In this document: piece by piece, positions 25,101-38,870 of the stretch
Layout of the letters: each line of letters starts with the position of its first letter
How positions within the stretch are numbered: the first letter of the stretch is position 1
NCBI RefSeq assembly: GCF_964355755.1
Contig: NC_092673.1
Coordinates: forward strand, 18,597,648-18,661,647
DNA length: 64,000 nucleotides
Reading direction: 5' to 3'
Source of the DNA: Antedon mediterranea
Taxonomy: Eukaryota; Animalia; Echinodermata
Notes under the pieces: model-generated
Told to the model about the DNA's origin: nothing
Seen by the model: the letters and a program-made list of their open reading frames with translations, nothing else
Database searches by the model: none
Position numbers and translations under genes: made by a program

Positions 25101-28057
25101 AGCAGTCTAAAACAAGAACAATAGAATGACATTCAATGGTCTGTATGTATATATACATCATGACAGCAGATAGAAGCAGTCTAAAACAAGAACAATAGAA
25201 TGACATTCAATGGTCTGTATGTATATATACATCATGTCAGCAGATAGAAGCAGTCTAAAACAAGAACAATAGAATGACATTCAATGGTCTGTATGTATAA
25301 ATACATCATGTCAGCAGATGGAAGCAGTCTAAAACAAGAACAATAGAATGACATTCAATGGTCTGTATGTATAAATACATCATGTCAGCAGATGGAAGCA
25401 GTCTAAAACAAGAACAATAGAATGACATTCAATGGTCTGTATGTATAAATACATCATGTCAGCAGATAGAAGCGGTCTAAAACAAGAACAATAGAATGAC
25501 ATTCAATGGTCTGTATGTATAAATACATCATGTCAGCAGATAGAAGCAGTCTAAAACAAGAACAATAGAATGACATTCAATGGTCTGTATGTATAAATAC
25601 ATCATGTCAGCAGATAGAAGCAGTCTAAAACAAGAACAATAGAATGACATTCAATGGTCTGTATGTATAAATACATCATGTCAGCAGATAGAAGCAGTCT
25701 AAAACAAGAACAATAGAATGACATTCAATGGTCTGTATGTATAAATACATCATGTCAGCAGATGGAAGCAGTCTAAAACAAGAACAATAGAATGACATTC
25801 AATGGTATGTATGTATAAATACATCATGACAGCAGATAGAAGCAGTCTAAAACAAGAATAGAATGACATTCAATGGTCTGTATGTATAAATACATCATGA
25901 CAGCAGATAGAAGCAGTCTAAAACAAGAACAATAGAATGACATTCAATGGTCTGTATGTATAAATACATCATGTCAGCAGATGGAAGCAGTCTAAAACAA
26001 GAACAATAGAATGACATTCAATGGTCTGTATGTATATATACATCATGACAGCAGATAGAAGCAGTCTAAAACAAGAACAATAGAATGACATTCAATGGTC
26101 TGTATGTATATATACATCATGTCAGCAGATAGAAGCAGTCTAAAACAAGAACAATAGAATGACATTCAATGGTCTGTATGTATAAATACATCATGTCAGC
26201 AGTTGGAAGCAGTCTAAAACAAGAACAATAGAATGACATTCAATGGTATGTATGTATAAATACATCATGTCAGCAGATGGAAGCAGTCTAAAACAAGAAC
26301 AATAGAATGACATTCAATGGTCTGTATGTATATATACATCATGACAGCAGATGGAAGCAGTCTAAAACAAGAACAATAGAATGACATTCAATGGTCTGTA
26401 TGTATAAATACATCATGTCAGCAGATGGAAGCAGTCTAAAACAAGAACAATAGAATGACATTCAATGGTCTGTATGTATAAATACATCATGTCAGCAGAT
26501 GGAAGCAGTCTAAAACAAGAACAATAGAATGACATTCAATGGTCTGTATGTAATGTATAAATACATCATGTCAGCAGATGGAAGCAGTCTAAAACAAGAA
26601 CAATAGAATGACATTCAATGGTATGTATGTATAAATACATCATGTCAGCAGATGGAAGCAGTCTAAAACAAGAACAATAGAATGACATTCAATGGTCTGT
26701 ATGTATATATACATCATGTCAGCAGATGGAAGCAGTCTAAAACAAGAACAATAGAATGACATTCAATGGTCTGTATGTATATATACATCATGACAGCAGA
26801 TGGAAGCAGTCTAAAACAAGAACAATAGAATGACATTCAATGGTCTGTATGTATAAATACATCATGTCAGCAGATGGAAGCAGTCTAAAACAAGAACAAT
26901 AGAATGACATTCAATGGTCTGTATGTAATGTATAAATACATCATGACAGCAGATAGAAGCAGTCTAAAACAAGAACAATAGAATGACATTCAATGGTCTG
27001 TATGTATAAATACATCATGTCAGTAGATGGAAGCAGTCTAAAACAAGAACAATAGAATGACATTCAATGGTCTGTATGTATAAATACATCATGTCAGCAG
27101 ATGGAAGCAGTCTAAAACAAGAACAACAGAATGACATTCAATGGTCTGTATGTATATATACATCATGACAGCAGATAGAAGCAGTCTAAAACAAGAACAA
27201 TAGAATGACATTCAATGGTCTGTATGTATATATACATCATGACAGCAGATAGAAGCAGTCTAAAACAAGAACAATAGAATGACATTCAATGGTCTGTATG
27301 TATAAATACATCATGTCAGCAGATAGAAGCAGTCTAAAACAAGAACAATAGAATGACATTCAATGGTCTGTATGTATAAATACATCATGTCAGCAGATAG
27401 AAGCAGTCTAAAACAAGAACAATAGAATGACATTCAATGGTCTGTATGTATATATACATCATGACAGCAGATGGAAGCAGTCTAAAACAAGAACAATAGA
27501 ATGACATTCAATGGTCTGTATGTATATATACATCATGTCAGCAGATAGAAGCAGTCTAAAACAAGAACAATAGAATGACATTCAATGGTCTGTATGTATA
27601 AATACATCATGTCAGCAGATAGAAGCAGTCTAAAACAAGAACAATAGAATGACATTCAATGGTCTGTATGTATAAATACATCATGTCAGCAGATGGAAGC
27701 AGTCTAAAACAAGAACAATAGAATGACATTCAATGGTATGTATGTATAAATACATCATGACAGCAGATAGAAGCAGTCTAAAACAAGAACAATAGAATGA
27801 CATTCAATGGTCTGTATGTATAAATACATCATGTCAGCAGATGGAAGCAGTCTAAAACAAGAACAATAGAATGACATTCAATGGTCTGTATGTATAAATA
27901 CATCATGTCAGCAGATAGAAGCAGTCTAAAACAAGAACAATAGAATGATATTCAATGGTATGTATGTATAAATACATCATGACAGCAGATAGAAGCAGTC
28001 TAAAACAAGAACAATAGAATGACATTCAATGTTCTGTATGTATAAATACATCATGTC
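22146..28057 (+). repeat. 74-bp tandem array (~80 units, ~5.9 kb)
   Basis: Unit gacagcagatagaagcagtctaaaacaagaacaatagaatgacattcaatggtctgtatgtatatatacatcat with a few shuffled variant sites. Confidence 0.98.
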
Positions 28058-28414
28058 ATGTTATAAATTTTAAATGCAAAGAAAGAACTTGCAAGAATGC
28101 TAAAGATAGATGTGAAATTAAAAGTTTGTGAATAAGTCAACACAGTTGATTGTAAGAACAAAAATAATAAAATGAATGAATGGTGTCGTGACATGAAAAA
28201 AAAAACATTCCAAAATTGTAAATAAGTAGAATAAGTACAGTAGTAGTAGTATAGCTTTTATTTCTTTGTAATATAAAACGCTATAAAAAGAACAAAAAAA
28301 ATACTATACAAAAATTACAAGAGGTCAGTATCATATATGTGTAAAATACTGACAGGATTGTGAAGCTTGTCACAATGATGAATGGCTAAAAGCTCTAGAG
28401 GGTTTAATTTGAAA

Positions 28415-29122
28415 GGTCCTGTTTCTGCTGCACAAAAACGATCGGTTAAAAACGGTGTGATAAATTAACTCCAATTTCTTGGGAGCAGAAACAGGACAAT
28501 TTTATGGAAACAGGTTAAAAGGCATCGCAAAATAACCGGTTAAAAACACCCAGTCAATTCGGTGTTTTAACCGGTTATCGCTGAGCAATTTTTTTTTTTT
28601 ACACTGCAGTAACGTTAGAATTAACCACCAGGACCAATTGCATTTTGGGTAATTCTAACGACCACCCACTGATTTAAATGTTAATTTTGGAGCAAAATAT
28701 AAAATTACAGTTTTGAAATTATCGGTTTATTCAGCGCTATGCAGCAGAAACAAACCCTAAGGTCCTGTTTCTGTTAGATTATTAATGGTGTGAATAAACT
28801 AACCCCAATTACCCCCCAATAACCGGTTAAATGGCAGCCTTAAAATAACGGTTAAAAACACCTAATTGATTTTAGTGTTAGAATGTTCCGGTTATCGCTC
28901 TGTACAACTTTTAGCTGCAAAAACAGTTATTTGATTGACAGCCTTTGACACTTTGATAACGTTTGAATTGACTGTTTGAGTACATTGCATTTTGGGTACT
29001 GCTAACGATCACCCACTGAGAGTCCAAATTTAGCAGAAATGCAGTTAATATAAAATGTTTAATACGGGTTTAATATTTTTAAATAAATGATTTATTCTAC
29101 GTTATGCAGAAGAAAGAGACCA
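28415..29122. mobile_element. Tandem pair of PIF/Harbinger (Tourist)-like MITEs
   Basis: GGTCCTGTTTCTGCTGC...GCAGCAGAAACAAACCC, then TAA (28758-28760), then a second diverged copy starting GGTCCTGTTTCTG and ending ...GAAAGAGACCA|TAA. Confidence 0.65.
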
Positions 29123-29284
29123 TAAGGAAACCAGAGAGTTTTTACTCCTTGCTGGTACATTGATTTCAAGTTCTAAATTGGACAAACAGATATGCTTGCT
29201 ATTTTGTCTAGGTATCATACCATGTACAGTACATATAACTCAGTACTATTATTATTGCTTATATTAGTATTTAGTTACATAACA

Positions 29285-29547
29285 ATAGAAGGCCCTACAA
29301 TTTGTTTTTCATAGTCTGTATTGAAGTGACTGATTTATGCCTTTGGTTCCTCTAAGTTTTTCCTTTCCTTATTTAATTTCATTTGCTGTTAACTTGTTGT
29401 TTTTGTCTGCACCAGAAGGAGAGTACTCACATAGTGACTTTGTCGCTTTTCTACAATCCGCCAGACTGGTGTCAGTTTTCTTGTGTTTGTATTTTTAATT
29501 GTATTATATGTCTTCTGGAAAATAAATGAATTGAATTGAATTGAATT
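29285..29547 (+). repeat. 3' end of a LINE with a (TGAAT)n tail
   Basis: Structured 3' UTR-like segment, AATAAA, then tgaattgaattgaattgaatt. Confidence 0.5.
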
Positions 29548-31009
29548 TCAACAATAACATGTAAATTAATGTCAGGTATCGAAAGTTTGTCATTTGTTGT
29601 GTCGTTTGGTGGCGTTGGAATGTAGACCTAATTTACATTCCATGAGTCACTCCCTTTATAATGATTGTGTAGCAGAGAGAAAACATTTTGTTATTCTTTT
29701 TTTTTATATATAATATTCATATGGTTGCTCACATTTAAAGTAGATTTTTAATTATAATACTTAACTGTATAAAAACTCTACCTTGATGTTGTATTACTAC
29801 AGTACTGGGGTGTACTTAGACTTGCCACAAGTCTGTATTTATTGTCTTTTTTATTTATTTTTTTTATTTCGATTTTTGTCTGAAGCTCAAGTAGTATACG
29901 TATGAAACGCCATATGTGCCAAAATATTTATTTGTTTACTAATTAGTAATATTAAGTCAAAACTCCGTCTGGAACCCAGACTAGGGTGTACTGTTTGATA
30001 TCACTCTGTTAGCTGTATTGAATATGTTATATTTTATCCATAGTTGATTGACTTAATGATAGTTTTCATTACATTGATTATAACATTCACATTAATAATT
30101 TATGATTATTTAGATTGTGGTTACCAAAGTGGTATTAATGACATCATTGATAATTATCGTACCATGCTATGTAATTTTGATGCGTAAATGTACTGATATC
30201 TTATATTACTGTAATTTGTACTCTCAGTGTTTTCCTTATGTTTATAGATAAGCCAATATGTATGCATACACATATTTTACAGAGAACGTAGAAAGTGAAT
30301 AAAGTTATTTATGTGGCAACCAAAAACACAGTTTGGATCTTTTATTCTGTGATTTCCGTATCACTATATTGAGGAGAGCCTCACACGCTCATATATATGA
30401 GTTGAAGCAAACCCAAATAAATACAGATTGTTGAATATACCACGACAGTAATAAAGATTTCTTAAATAAAAATTGGTGGGAGAACAGAGCAGCCGACTAA
30501 GTTTTTATTGTGATCAGAAATGATACCATTATTGAAAAAAATGTTATTGAACTGAAATACTATAGTAACAATTTTTCGACATATTTGAAACAAACAATGC
30601 TTTTAATCTAAATTAATGTTTGATGAATTGTTTATACATTAGTGTTCAATTTTTTTGTACAGTACTAAATTATATTTTTTATGAATACATTTTATGATGT
30701 CTGTTGGTTGAAATGATTTGAAATGTTTTTTTCACTTTTAATAAAAATTTTGTAAATTAAAACTCAATTCAGTGTTTATGCTGCTATTTAATGTTTATAT
30801 ATTTTTAATAAATACTAATGAATGAAAAACTTATTTGTTTATTTTAAGGATAGTGTTTTTTGAAGGTGTAGATTTTAACATCGAGGAGATCATTATATCA
30901 AAATGTACGTGCTTAGCTATTGTTAAAAATTCATTGTATATTATAGGAATAATATCCATTTCACCAATGTTCGATTTTACACAGCTATAATGTGTTACGT
31001 ACACAAATG

Positions 31010-31090
31010 GTGATTGCGCCCTCTATAAAAAATAAAGTTTATTCACTCCAACAAACCATTGTACTCTCGCAACATGTTATCCTAAGAATG
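31010..31090 (+). promoter_or_regulatory. Putative promoter / non-coding first exon
   Basis: GCGCCCTCTA (CTCF-core-like) and TATAAA near 31016-31029, consensus donor gaa|GTAAGT at 31085, then a CTAGGC-rich tract. Confidence 0.35.
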
Positions 31091-31427
31091 TCAACACACA
31101 AGAAGTAAGTTTTTGTTTCATATTTGGCATACCATATCATATACGGAATTCTTTATACTGCATTATTTTAATGGCAGATCTTTCTTCTTTTAATTTTTTG
31201 GATCTTATATTCGTATCCTAGGCTAGGCCTAGCCTAATACTACTCTCTACTCTAGCCTAGGCCTAGCTAGGCTATATTGCTAGGCTAGGTAGGCTAGGCC
31301 TAGGCCTACTACCTCTAGCCATGCTCTCGCTAACAAAGGCCTACTACTACTAGCCTAGGCTTTTAACCCTAGCTAGGCCTACTACTTGATAGTACTATAG
31401 TAGGCCTAGTAGAGTAGTAGGCATGGA

Positions 31428-32266
31428 GGAAGTCTCCACAACTCGGCCTCAAGTTAACTCGGCCTCAAGTCAACTCGGCCAAAAACTAATTGGTCAACTC
31501 GGCCACAATAAAGTATGGAACGCAAAAAGTGCTTACGGTAATATTATTATGATTCTTACTAGCCTATCCACGCTTTAAAAAAAATAAAAAAATAAAAAAA
31601 ATAATATAATTAAATAATATATAAAAAAATGAACTCATTGCCGATATGAATATAAGTACCCGCGTGTTACAAAAACACATGCAGGTACCGCATTTTAGTA
31701 AATCGAACACGGAGGCCTACGTTCCACCATTTGGCCATAGAAAAAATGATCGTACATATTGTTTTTGTCCATGATTTGCTTTTTAAAAAAAGGGGAATCC
31801 CCGGTCAGTGAAAACACGCAGCAGTTGTAGATATCGAAAAAGCTGCCAAAGGCGCAGGGAGGCGCAGCTACGAATTGTTTTCAATTGTGCAATTTGAAAT
31901 TTTATTATTTAACGTAAATAAAGAAAAGTTGGTGAAATCATTCCTATTTTTTTTGCTAAATATATTATATTGTCTAAATATTAATATTCATTAAAAGTCA
32001 GAATTATTTTTAGTTAAAAAATTGTGAAGAAATATTATTTATCAATCCCCTTCATTTGCACTTTTTGCGTTCCATATTTTAACGGGGCTGAGTTGACCGA
32101 TTATTTTTTGGCCGAGTTGACGTGAGGCCGAGTTGACTTGAGGCCGAGTTGACTTGGGGCCGAGTTGACTTGGGGCCGACTTGACTTGGGGCCGACTTGA
32201 CTTGGGGCCGACTTGACTTTGGCCGAGACGGTTTAGGGCCGACTTGGATCGAAATCACGTAAACAC
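31428..32266. mobile_element. Non-autonomous TIR element with 16-bp subterminal tandem repeats
   Basis: (caactcggcctcaagt)n at the left mirrors (ggccgagttgacttg)n at the right. Inner inverted pair tatggaacgcaaaaagtgc / gcactttttgcgttccata. ATGGA on both flanks. Confidence 0.7.
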
Positions 32267-32802
32267 ATGGATGAGGATGTTTTAACGTTCATGCTCGACT
32301 CATTGAGGAGATCAGGGTTAACATTTTTTTTAAAAGCCACAAAAAAAGTAGAACAAAAGCAGAGAGTCGACCCTGCAACCCCTGCCTCTTGGGCTATACC
32401 CTTATCAATACACCAAGCCATCCATCTCGTTGGTCGAATCGGGTTTTACTTTGTATATGAATGGAGAAAAAATATATTATATGTAAGCTTTTTAACCAAC
32501 CAATCAGAACTTAGTTGACGTCGTTTCTATACTTGTATAACCACATAACAAACAGGCCTTCCATTGGGTTTCCCTGATCTCACAACAAGCATTCAAACAC
32601 AGCGTTGTGGTCTTTCATTTAAAAAAAAACATAGTGTGGTGGTCTTTTGTGTTCATGATGCATCAAACAACTACAATGCACTGTAAAGTTTGACGTGATG
32701 CGTAAAAAACTACTGAACTTTTCTATTTAATACTGAAATTTACTTTAACAATTTGAGAACTTGCAATGCACATGAAAGAGTATGACAGTGGACCTATCTA
32801 AT

Positions 32803-34273
32803 CTAGGCTCGCACTGGCCGATCGCCAAGTCGCCATGGGCGAAAACGTTTCTAGATTGGCGAAAAATAAAACGGCTACTTTAGCCATTTTGGCGATGACA
32901 TATGATAAAATAGATAATTAAATAATCATTTTGGCGAAAGCATAAAGTCCACTAAAAGGTCCATTTGTCGATCTCCAAGCATTTATTTTGTTCGTTATCA
33001 CGTTGTTTACTTCAAGCTCCATTTTTCGTCAACTTGTTTCGTTGTACCAGGCGTCTCTTTGTTATTTCAAAAAGATGGGGATAGCAGAGGTAGACTGCAC
33101 AGAGAGACAGACGTTACACGACACATGGATGATGAAGTCTACCCAAACTATCACGTGTTGTGCGCTGCACAAACGATCGACTACGTAGCCGACGGTCGGC
33201 TAATTACCGGGATTGTCTATTTTTCGATAGGGGTGTACTTTTCAGATTAAAAAGAAACATTATAGTATCTTCGATGAATGACGTCTTAATCTTATCGAAA
33301 TCAAAAATGTATGCGTTATGCATTTTAGAGTCTTCCAATTTAATGTAGTTTCATATTTTAGCCTTAATAAACTTCCCTCGTGCGTCAGTGTAAACAAAAC
33401 AACATGCGGGAAATGGTAGAGTCTAACAGGGATTTAGCTGAACACACACGTGCATCTCTGAGCGGGGCCGGCCGCTGGCTTCTGTCTTGTTGTGTAAAAT
33501 TAATAATAATCGGATAAATTTCTCGCCCTGACAGAAACGCTTCGGCGCAGCCTTGAGGGATGGAAAGACACGTGTACTCTGTGCTTTGGCCTATATTATC
33601 TTACGTTTAACAACGATACGAGTGTTCGTTTGCTAGGAATTTCCCTCAATATTTTTAGCATACGATATACCGTTGCGTTGTTGTACATAATTTTGTAGGC
33701 CTAGGCCAGCGGTTCTGCACTTTCGCACCTCTTGAGCATACCTAATTTAAAAACATTAACCGGCTGCGCGGCGGTGATTCCGAGTGATTCTAGGACACGA
33801 TTTTCGCCTGGTACGCCACACGCAAACATGACCAGCCAAGCGTAAAAAAACAAAAGTAACATAGCGTTCAGGGGATTTCAGAAAACTGTAAAATGTTTCT
33901 TATTAAATTGATAACTGTATAAATGCTGTATGATTAAAAACAATTTGAACAATTGTTTTGATCATGTAAAAAAAATACAAAAAAAAATATTTTTTTTAAT
34001 CATACAGTGATATAGGCATGGTTCTTTATCTCAGTGCCTTACAAAAATGTTCAGGGAACAGTGTATATAGACTGTTGACATAGATAAATTGACTAAAATG
34101 TTTTTACCACTATATTTCTAAAATTTTAAATGTTGGCTATAAACCGATTCATTTGGCTAAATAAAAAAATTTGACTTTAGCCATTTTGGCTATAGATAAA
34201 CTGATTTGACTAAAAAAAATATTTTGACTTTCGCCAAATGGCTAAACAAAATGAAATGTTAGTGCTACCCCAG
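32803..34273. mobile_element. Degenerate hAT-like non-autonomous element
   Basis: Ends taggctcgcact.../...agtgctacccca with repeated tggcga/tggcta subterminal motifs and a shared actttagccattttggc at both ends. TSD not clear. Confidence 0.45.
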
Positions 34274-34825
34274 CTAATTTATAGGTACATGTTATGATAA
34301 AGAAATTGGTACACTATTTGTTGATTGACTTGGTACTGTACACCATTCACTGTGGCTGCTGTGAGTACAGTACATGCCATATCAGAATTTCCTCAACTCA
34401 GAGGATGAATGCCACTATACATTTATGATACAGTATTTGTCACAATTGTGTGCATTACTGTTATTACATTATCAGATTTGTGATTTGTGATAGTATGTGT
34501 ACTGACGAATTCTATCCAACTCGGCCCTAAAGCCTGGTTTCCAGTCGACGTAAGACTTGCTTCCGCTTACGATTGCGTCGTTTTCTTACGATTACGCTTG
34601 CGTTCCGATCAGTAGACCAAAAAACTAACGTCGACACAAAATTATCATAATCGCGTTGTGCTGATTCCGTCATTACGAAAGTTGAATTTATCGCAAGTCT
34701 GTCCTTCTTGCCCTTACGTCGAGTTGAATTTTTTCCTTGCGACACAACACATGGCTCATACATTCCTCGCGAAAAGAGAGGAGGCCATTTTCCAAAACAT
34801 AAACAGTGTGCAGTGAGATTTCAAT

Positions 34826-37800
34826 ATGGTTATTCGTAGGAGAGGACGTGAGTTGGCCAAAAAGATACTTTATTTAAGAATATTAACGAGAAGAATTAAG
34901 AGGAGAAAGGAGTTGAACAAAGCACCAAGAATCCACAAGTTCTGGGAGAGGAAAGTGCTAAAAGAAAGAATAGAGTTCGGGCAGTACCATACATTATTTA
35001 AGACACTGATAAAAAACGACAGAGAATGGTTTTTTAGGTAGGCCTATATATATTAATAACATTTAATTATTATTAATATCTTTTTAGGCCTAGGCCTAGA
35101 TGTTTAATTGTAATTTGCATTCATAATTATAATGTTTGCCTAGGCCTAGGATATATGGATTTTTTTAAGGCCATGGATTGGTCTAGGCTAGGCCTAGTTA
35201 TTATATTTAGCCATGGAGATTTAGCTAGGCCTAGTTAGTAGAGTACATCATACATGGACCTGGCTAAAGATGAAGGTCACAGTTCATTTCAGCCGCCGAG
35301 CTGGCGTCTATATAAAGACGATGGTGAGTAAAATAGGCCTAGGTTAGGATAGGCCTATATAGGCTTACAGTATTTAGGCCTATATGCTATGATCAAGACA
35401 CTCCTAGACAGATCTTTATTCTAGGCTAGTAAAGTAGGTAGGTTACTACAACTAGAAGCCAATCCACACATGGTCTACACTACTACTACTGTACACCCAT
35501 CTACAGTGGTAGCCAAGTACTAAACGGATAGGAAGTATGTATTACTCCTACTGTTGTTATTTTGTTGAAAAATTAAAATCTAAATTGATTAAATAGTGCA
35601 TACAGTACACAATGAACAATTGTAGTCTAAATAAAATATCCCAAACAAAGTGCATTTATTGCCATAGAAGATTGAATACATAATCACAAATAATACATTT
35701 ACTAATCATGAATTAACTTTGACATTTGGCAAATCAATTCTGTTATTACTTTTTAAAATAGTCACGGAACAATTGCATAATTTTTAGTTCCATATCTTCC
35801 TTGTCTTCCTCGTTTACTCTTCGCATTTTCTTTGCTACCATCGTGCCGAATGTATCGGCTTCGTCTTCTTCTCCGCTTCCCTTAATCAGATCTATAAGGT
35901 CATTGTCTGTTACCCCACTCTCAACCTGAACAATTGAAATTAATGAAAGATTTTGACATTTCTATCTAAAAACAAATTTCAAATTTTCCACACTCTTCTA
36001 GCACTGTTTATTCAACAACAAAAAATAGGTATGCTTTTGCAAATTCATGATTATTTTAATATGCTATGTGAGAATACCTACATGCTTTTCTGTTTTGGAA
36101 CATTTTCCTTTTGGCGTCTTTGACCAAGCTTTTTTAACCACTGCTGAAAATTAAAACAAAAAAGCTTCGGTAATTTTGCAGCTTGGCATAACATTATGTC
36201 TGGAAACGCCATAGTACTGCTTATCATTATCAACACACAACTTTTTAGTACAATAGTAAATTACCAATATTGATATATAGTAATGATTTAAATACTTACG
36301 GTTCGGTCTTTCGACTGTCCTCTTGACTACTAAAAAGAAAAACAAATTAAAGTGTAGTTTCAGATATACATGAATTTCTGGAATAGGTGATGGCCTAGGA
36401 ATAGTGGTGCACCTGCCCACCCATTCTAGCATAATAACACTTTGTATTAAATTGTTAACTATCATGATTGAATATTTACCTCTTGTAACATCAGCTTTTA
36501 TTTGGGCAGCATCTGCTGAACCTTCTTCCAGACTTCCTTCATATCCTGCAAAAGCCCCTTCCAAGTCGTCCGAGACATTACCCAATAAGTCGGCTTCTTC
36601 TGTTTCATTTTGCAACTCAGTACCTTCTCCTAAAATTACAATAAATAATGTTTTTTTTTATTTTTAAGCCTTAAAAGTATGTAGTGTTGGTACAAACTAT
36701 TTTGTAGTAATGTAAATGTAAAATGTCATTTTTTGTTATTTATAATTTTGTTTATTGTCTTCAGGTATTTAAGGATGACGCCGGAAAGATTTAGTTATCT
36801 TCTGTCTGCGGTTGAGCCCTATCTAAAGATAAGACAAGACAGAGGTCGTACTGCAATTTCAGCAGAAGAAAGGCTTGTGATAACTTTGCGTTATCTGGCT
36901 ACGGGTGACTTGATGGCATCACAAACATTTAACTTTCGGGTTGGTCGTGCAACAGTTTCTAGCATAATCCGGGAAGTTTGTGATTCAATTTGGACAGCTT
37001 TAAATAAGAAATACCTAAGGCTACCATCAAGTGAGAATGAATGGATGGCAATTGCAGAAAAATTTGACAATGATTGGAATGTTCCTCATGCGATTGGTGC
37101 AGTAGACGGTAAGCACATTGCTATCAAGTGTCCCAAATTTGGCGGCTCGATGTACTATAACTATAAAGGCTTTCATAGTACAGTATTAATGGCAATTTGT
37201 GATGCTAGTTACTCATTTGTATGGACAAGCATTGGCTCATATGGGCGAGATAATGATGCCGCTATTTTTGGTGCTTCATCATTTTTCAAAAGAGCTGATT
37301 TTTGGAAAGCTAAAGCTGCCACCACCATCGGTTGTGGGTGGTCAACAATTGCCTTATGTTTTATTAGGGGATGATATATTTCCTCTTAGAACTTGGTTAA
37401 TAAAACCATATGGTGGCAACAATTTGACTGATGAAGCGGAAGTGGCAAATTATAGGACATCGAGAGGACGCCGAACCATCGAAAACACCTTTGGTGTAAT
37501 GGCTGCAAGGTGGCGCATATTTAGGCGTCCTATAAGAGCAAATATTGAAACTGTTGACCAGATTACAAAAGCTGTAATCTGCCTACACAATTACCTAATG
37601 CAAACTGATAACGCACACTACATACCCAGCGGGTTTGTTGACAGCTGGAGCAATGGAGAATTTAAAGAAGGGGAATGGCGCAGTGTTGTGCAAGATGATG
37701 AAACTGGCCTTCAAAATATAAGAAGGGTGGGGTCAAACAATTATACGGCTACTACCAAAGAAACAAGAGATAGGTTTCGAGACTACTTTAACAGCCAGGA

Positions 37801-37858
37801 AGGTGCTGTTCCTTGGCAGTATGATGTGGCACACAATTGCGGTCCTTTGGCATCTTAA
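34826..37858 (+). pseudogene. Harbinger (HARBI1-like, DDE) transposase; two exons, one frameshift
   Basis: Exon 1 34826-35037 (..REWFF-R) joins exon 2 from 36765 (YLRM..) in phase 2. Catalytic motifs GAVDGKH, LLGDDIFPL, RRTIENTFG. Frameshift at about 37285-37305. Confidence 0.9.
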
Positions 37859-38870
37859 AAGTGTTGTTAGTAAATTATATGTATTTGTTAAAAATAATCT
37901 TCCTGTTTTGTAAATAATCTATATGACATTTTTTTAAATCTATATTCAAATATGTTCTGTGTAATTTTGAATATTGACGAATCTTGTTTATTGAAGAAAA
38001 AAAATAACAATGTTGTAGTTTATGCTTGCTATAACTTGCATTCATAATTATTTTTTGTTTTCTTGTCCTTGTACTATGGTTTACATTTCCAAACATTCCA
38101 AATAAAATAGTTATTTCTTTCCTATCTTTCCTAAATTGATTTTAATTTTTAAATATATTGCTGATGTTGCAGAACGTTAACAAATATTTATATTTGATTG
38201 CTACTTGAAGATGTTATTAAATGTTGTTAATGAGTTATTGAGATGTAAAATTACTTTTATTTGTTTATCCTCCTTTCAAATAGTGTGATAAATAAAAAAT
38301 TTAGTGTGTGGTGGTTGATAAATACAATTATTTACCTGAGTCGTCAAAGTCCAGCTCCAACACTTGTTGAGTTTCGGAAAAAAGCCGTATGCATTCAGAT
38401 GAAGCTTCTTACTCGGTTAATGAAATTGACATTTCTTCGGACTCTAGTGTCTTCCTATGATTTATATGTTTAATCAACCATCTCATGTGTTCCCACTCAT
38501 GGCCAATTGGGAGGATGTCATCCCTGCCTGCACCACTACGGACACTAGCCCTAACCTTCTTTAGATGTCTACAAAATAATAATAATTATAATTATTATTA
38601 CAATAATAACAATAACGATTATTATAATAACTAAAAATTATGATTATAATAATAATAATACTAATAGTAAGGGCCTAGCCTAGTAGGTCGCAGTAGAAGA
38701 GTGCCGTTAACATCTTTAGAAACAGCTTCCCACGCATTTTTTTTTTCCCGTTTTCCACTTTTGTATTCTTTGGTATTTTTGTCATATACAGTAGACAAAG
38801 ATAAGCTTGAATAGCGTCAAACACATGGACTTCTGTAGATGAAGGCATCTTGTGAAATGAAGTCCTCAAA
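35746..38870 (-). pseudogene. Harbinger accessory Myb/SANT-like (MADF) protein with C-terminal BESS-like motif; six exons
   Basis: Exons ~38870-38700 (IQAYLCL/YDKNTKEYK..KKNAWEAVSK, frameshifted, donor lost), 38568-38336 (RSGAG..WEHMRWLIKHINHRKT; stop at 38409-38411), 36629-36480, 36329-36300, 36143-36082, 35925-35746 (DEADTFGTMVAKKMRR..MELKIMQL). The last five are phase-consistent GT-AG. Minus-strand AATAAA at ~35655. Confidence 0.8.

Noticed and set aside
22146-28057. CRISPR-like appearance of the 74-bp array (also the 46- and 71-bp arrays)
   Set aside because: Units are contiguous near-identical monomers with no unique spacers, there are no cas genes, and the context is eukaryotic.
36151-36615. 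154-aa ORF as a standalone gene
   Set aside because: Only 36629-36480 and 36329-36300 are exon-like. The rest is intron read-through of the MADF gene.
36733-37858. Domesticated host HARBI1 gene
   Set aside because: It lies between intact TIRs with a partner MADF gene and has a frameshift, so it is a transposon copy.
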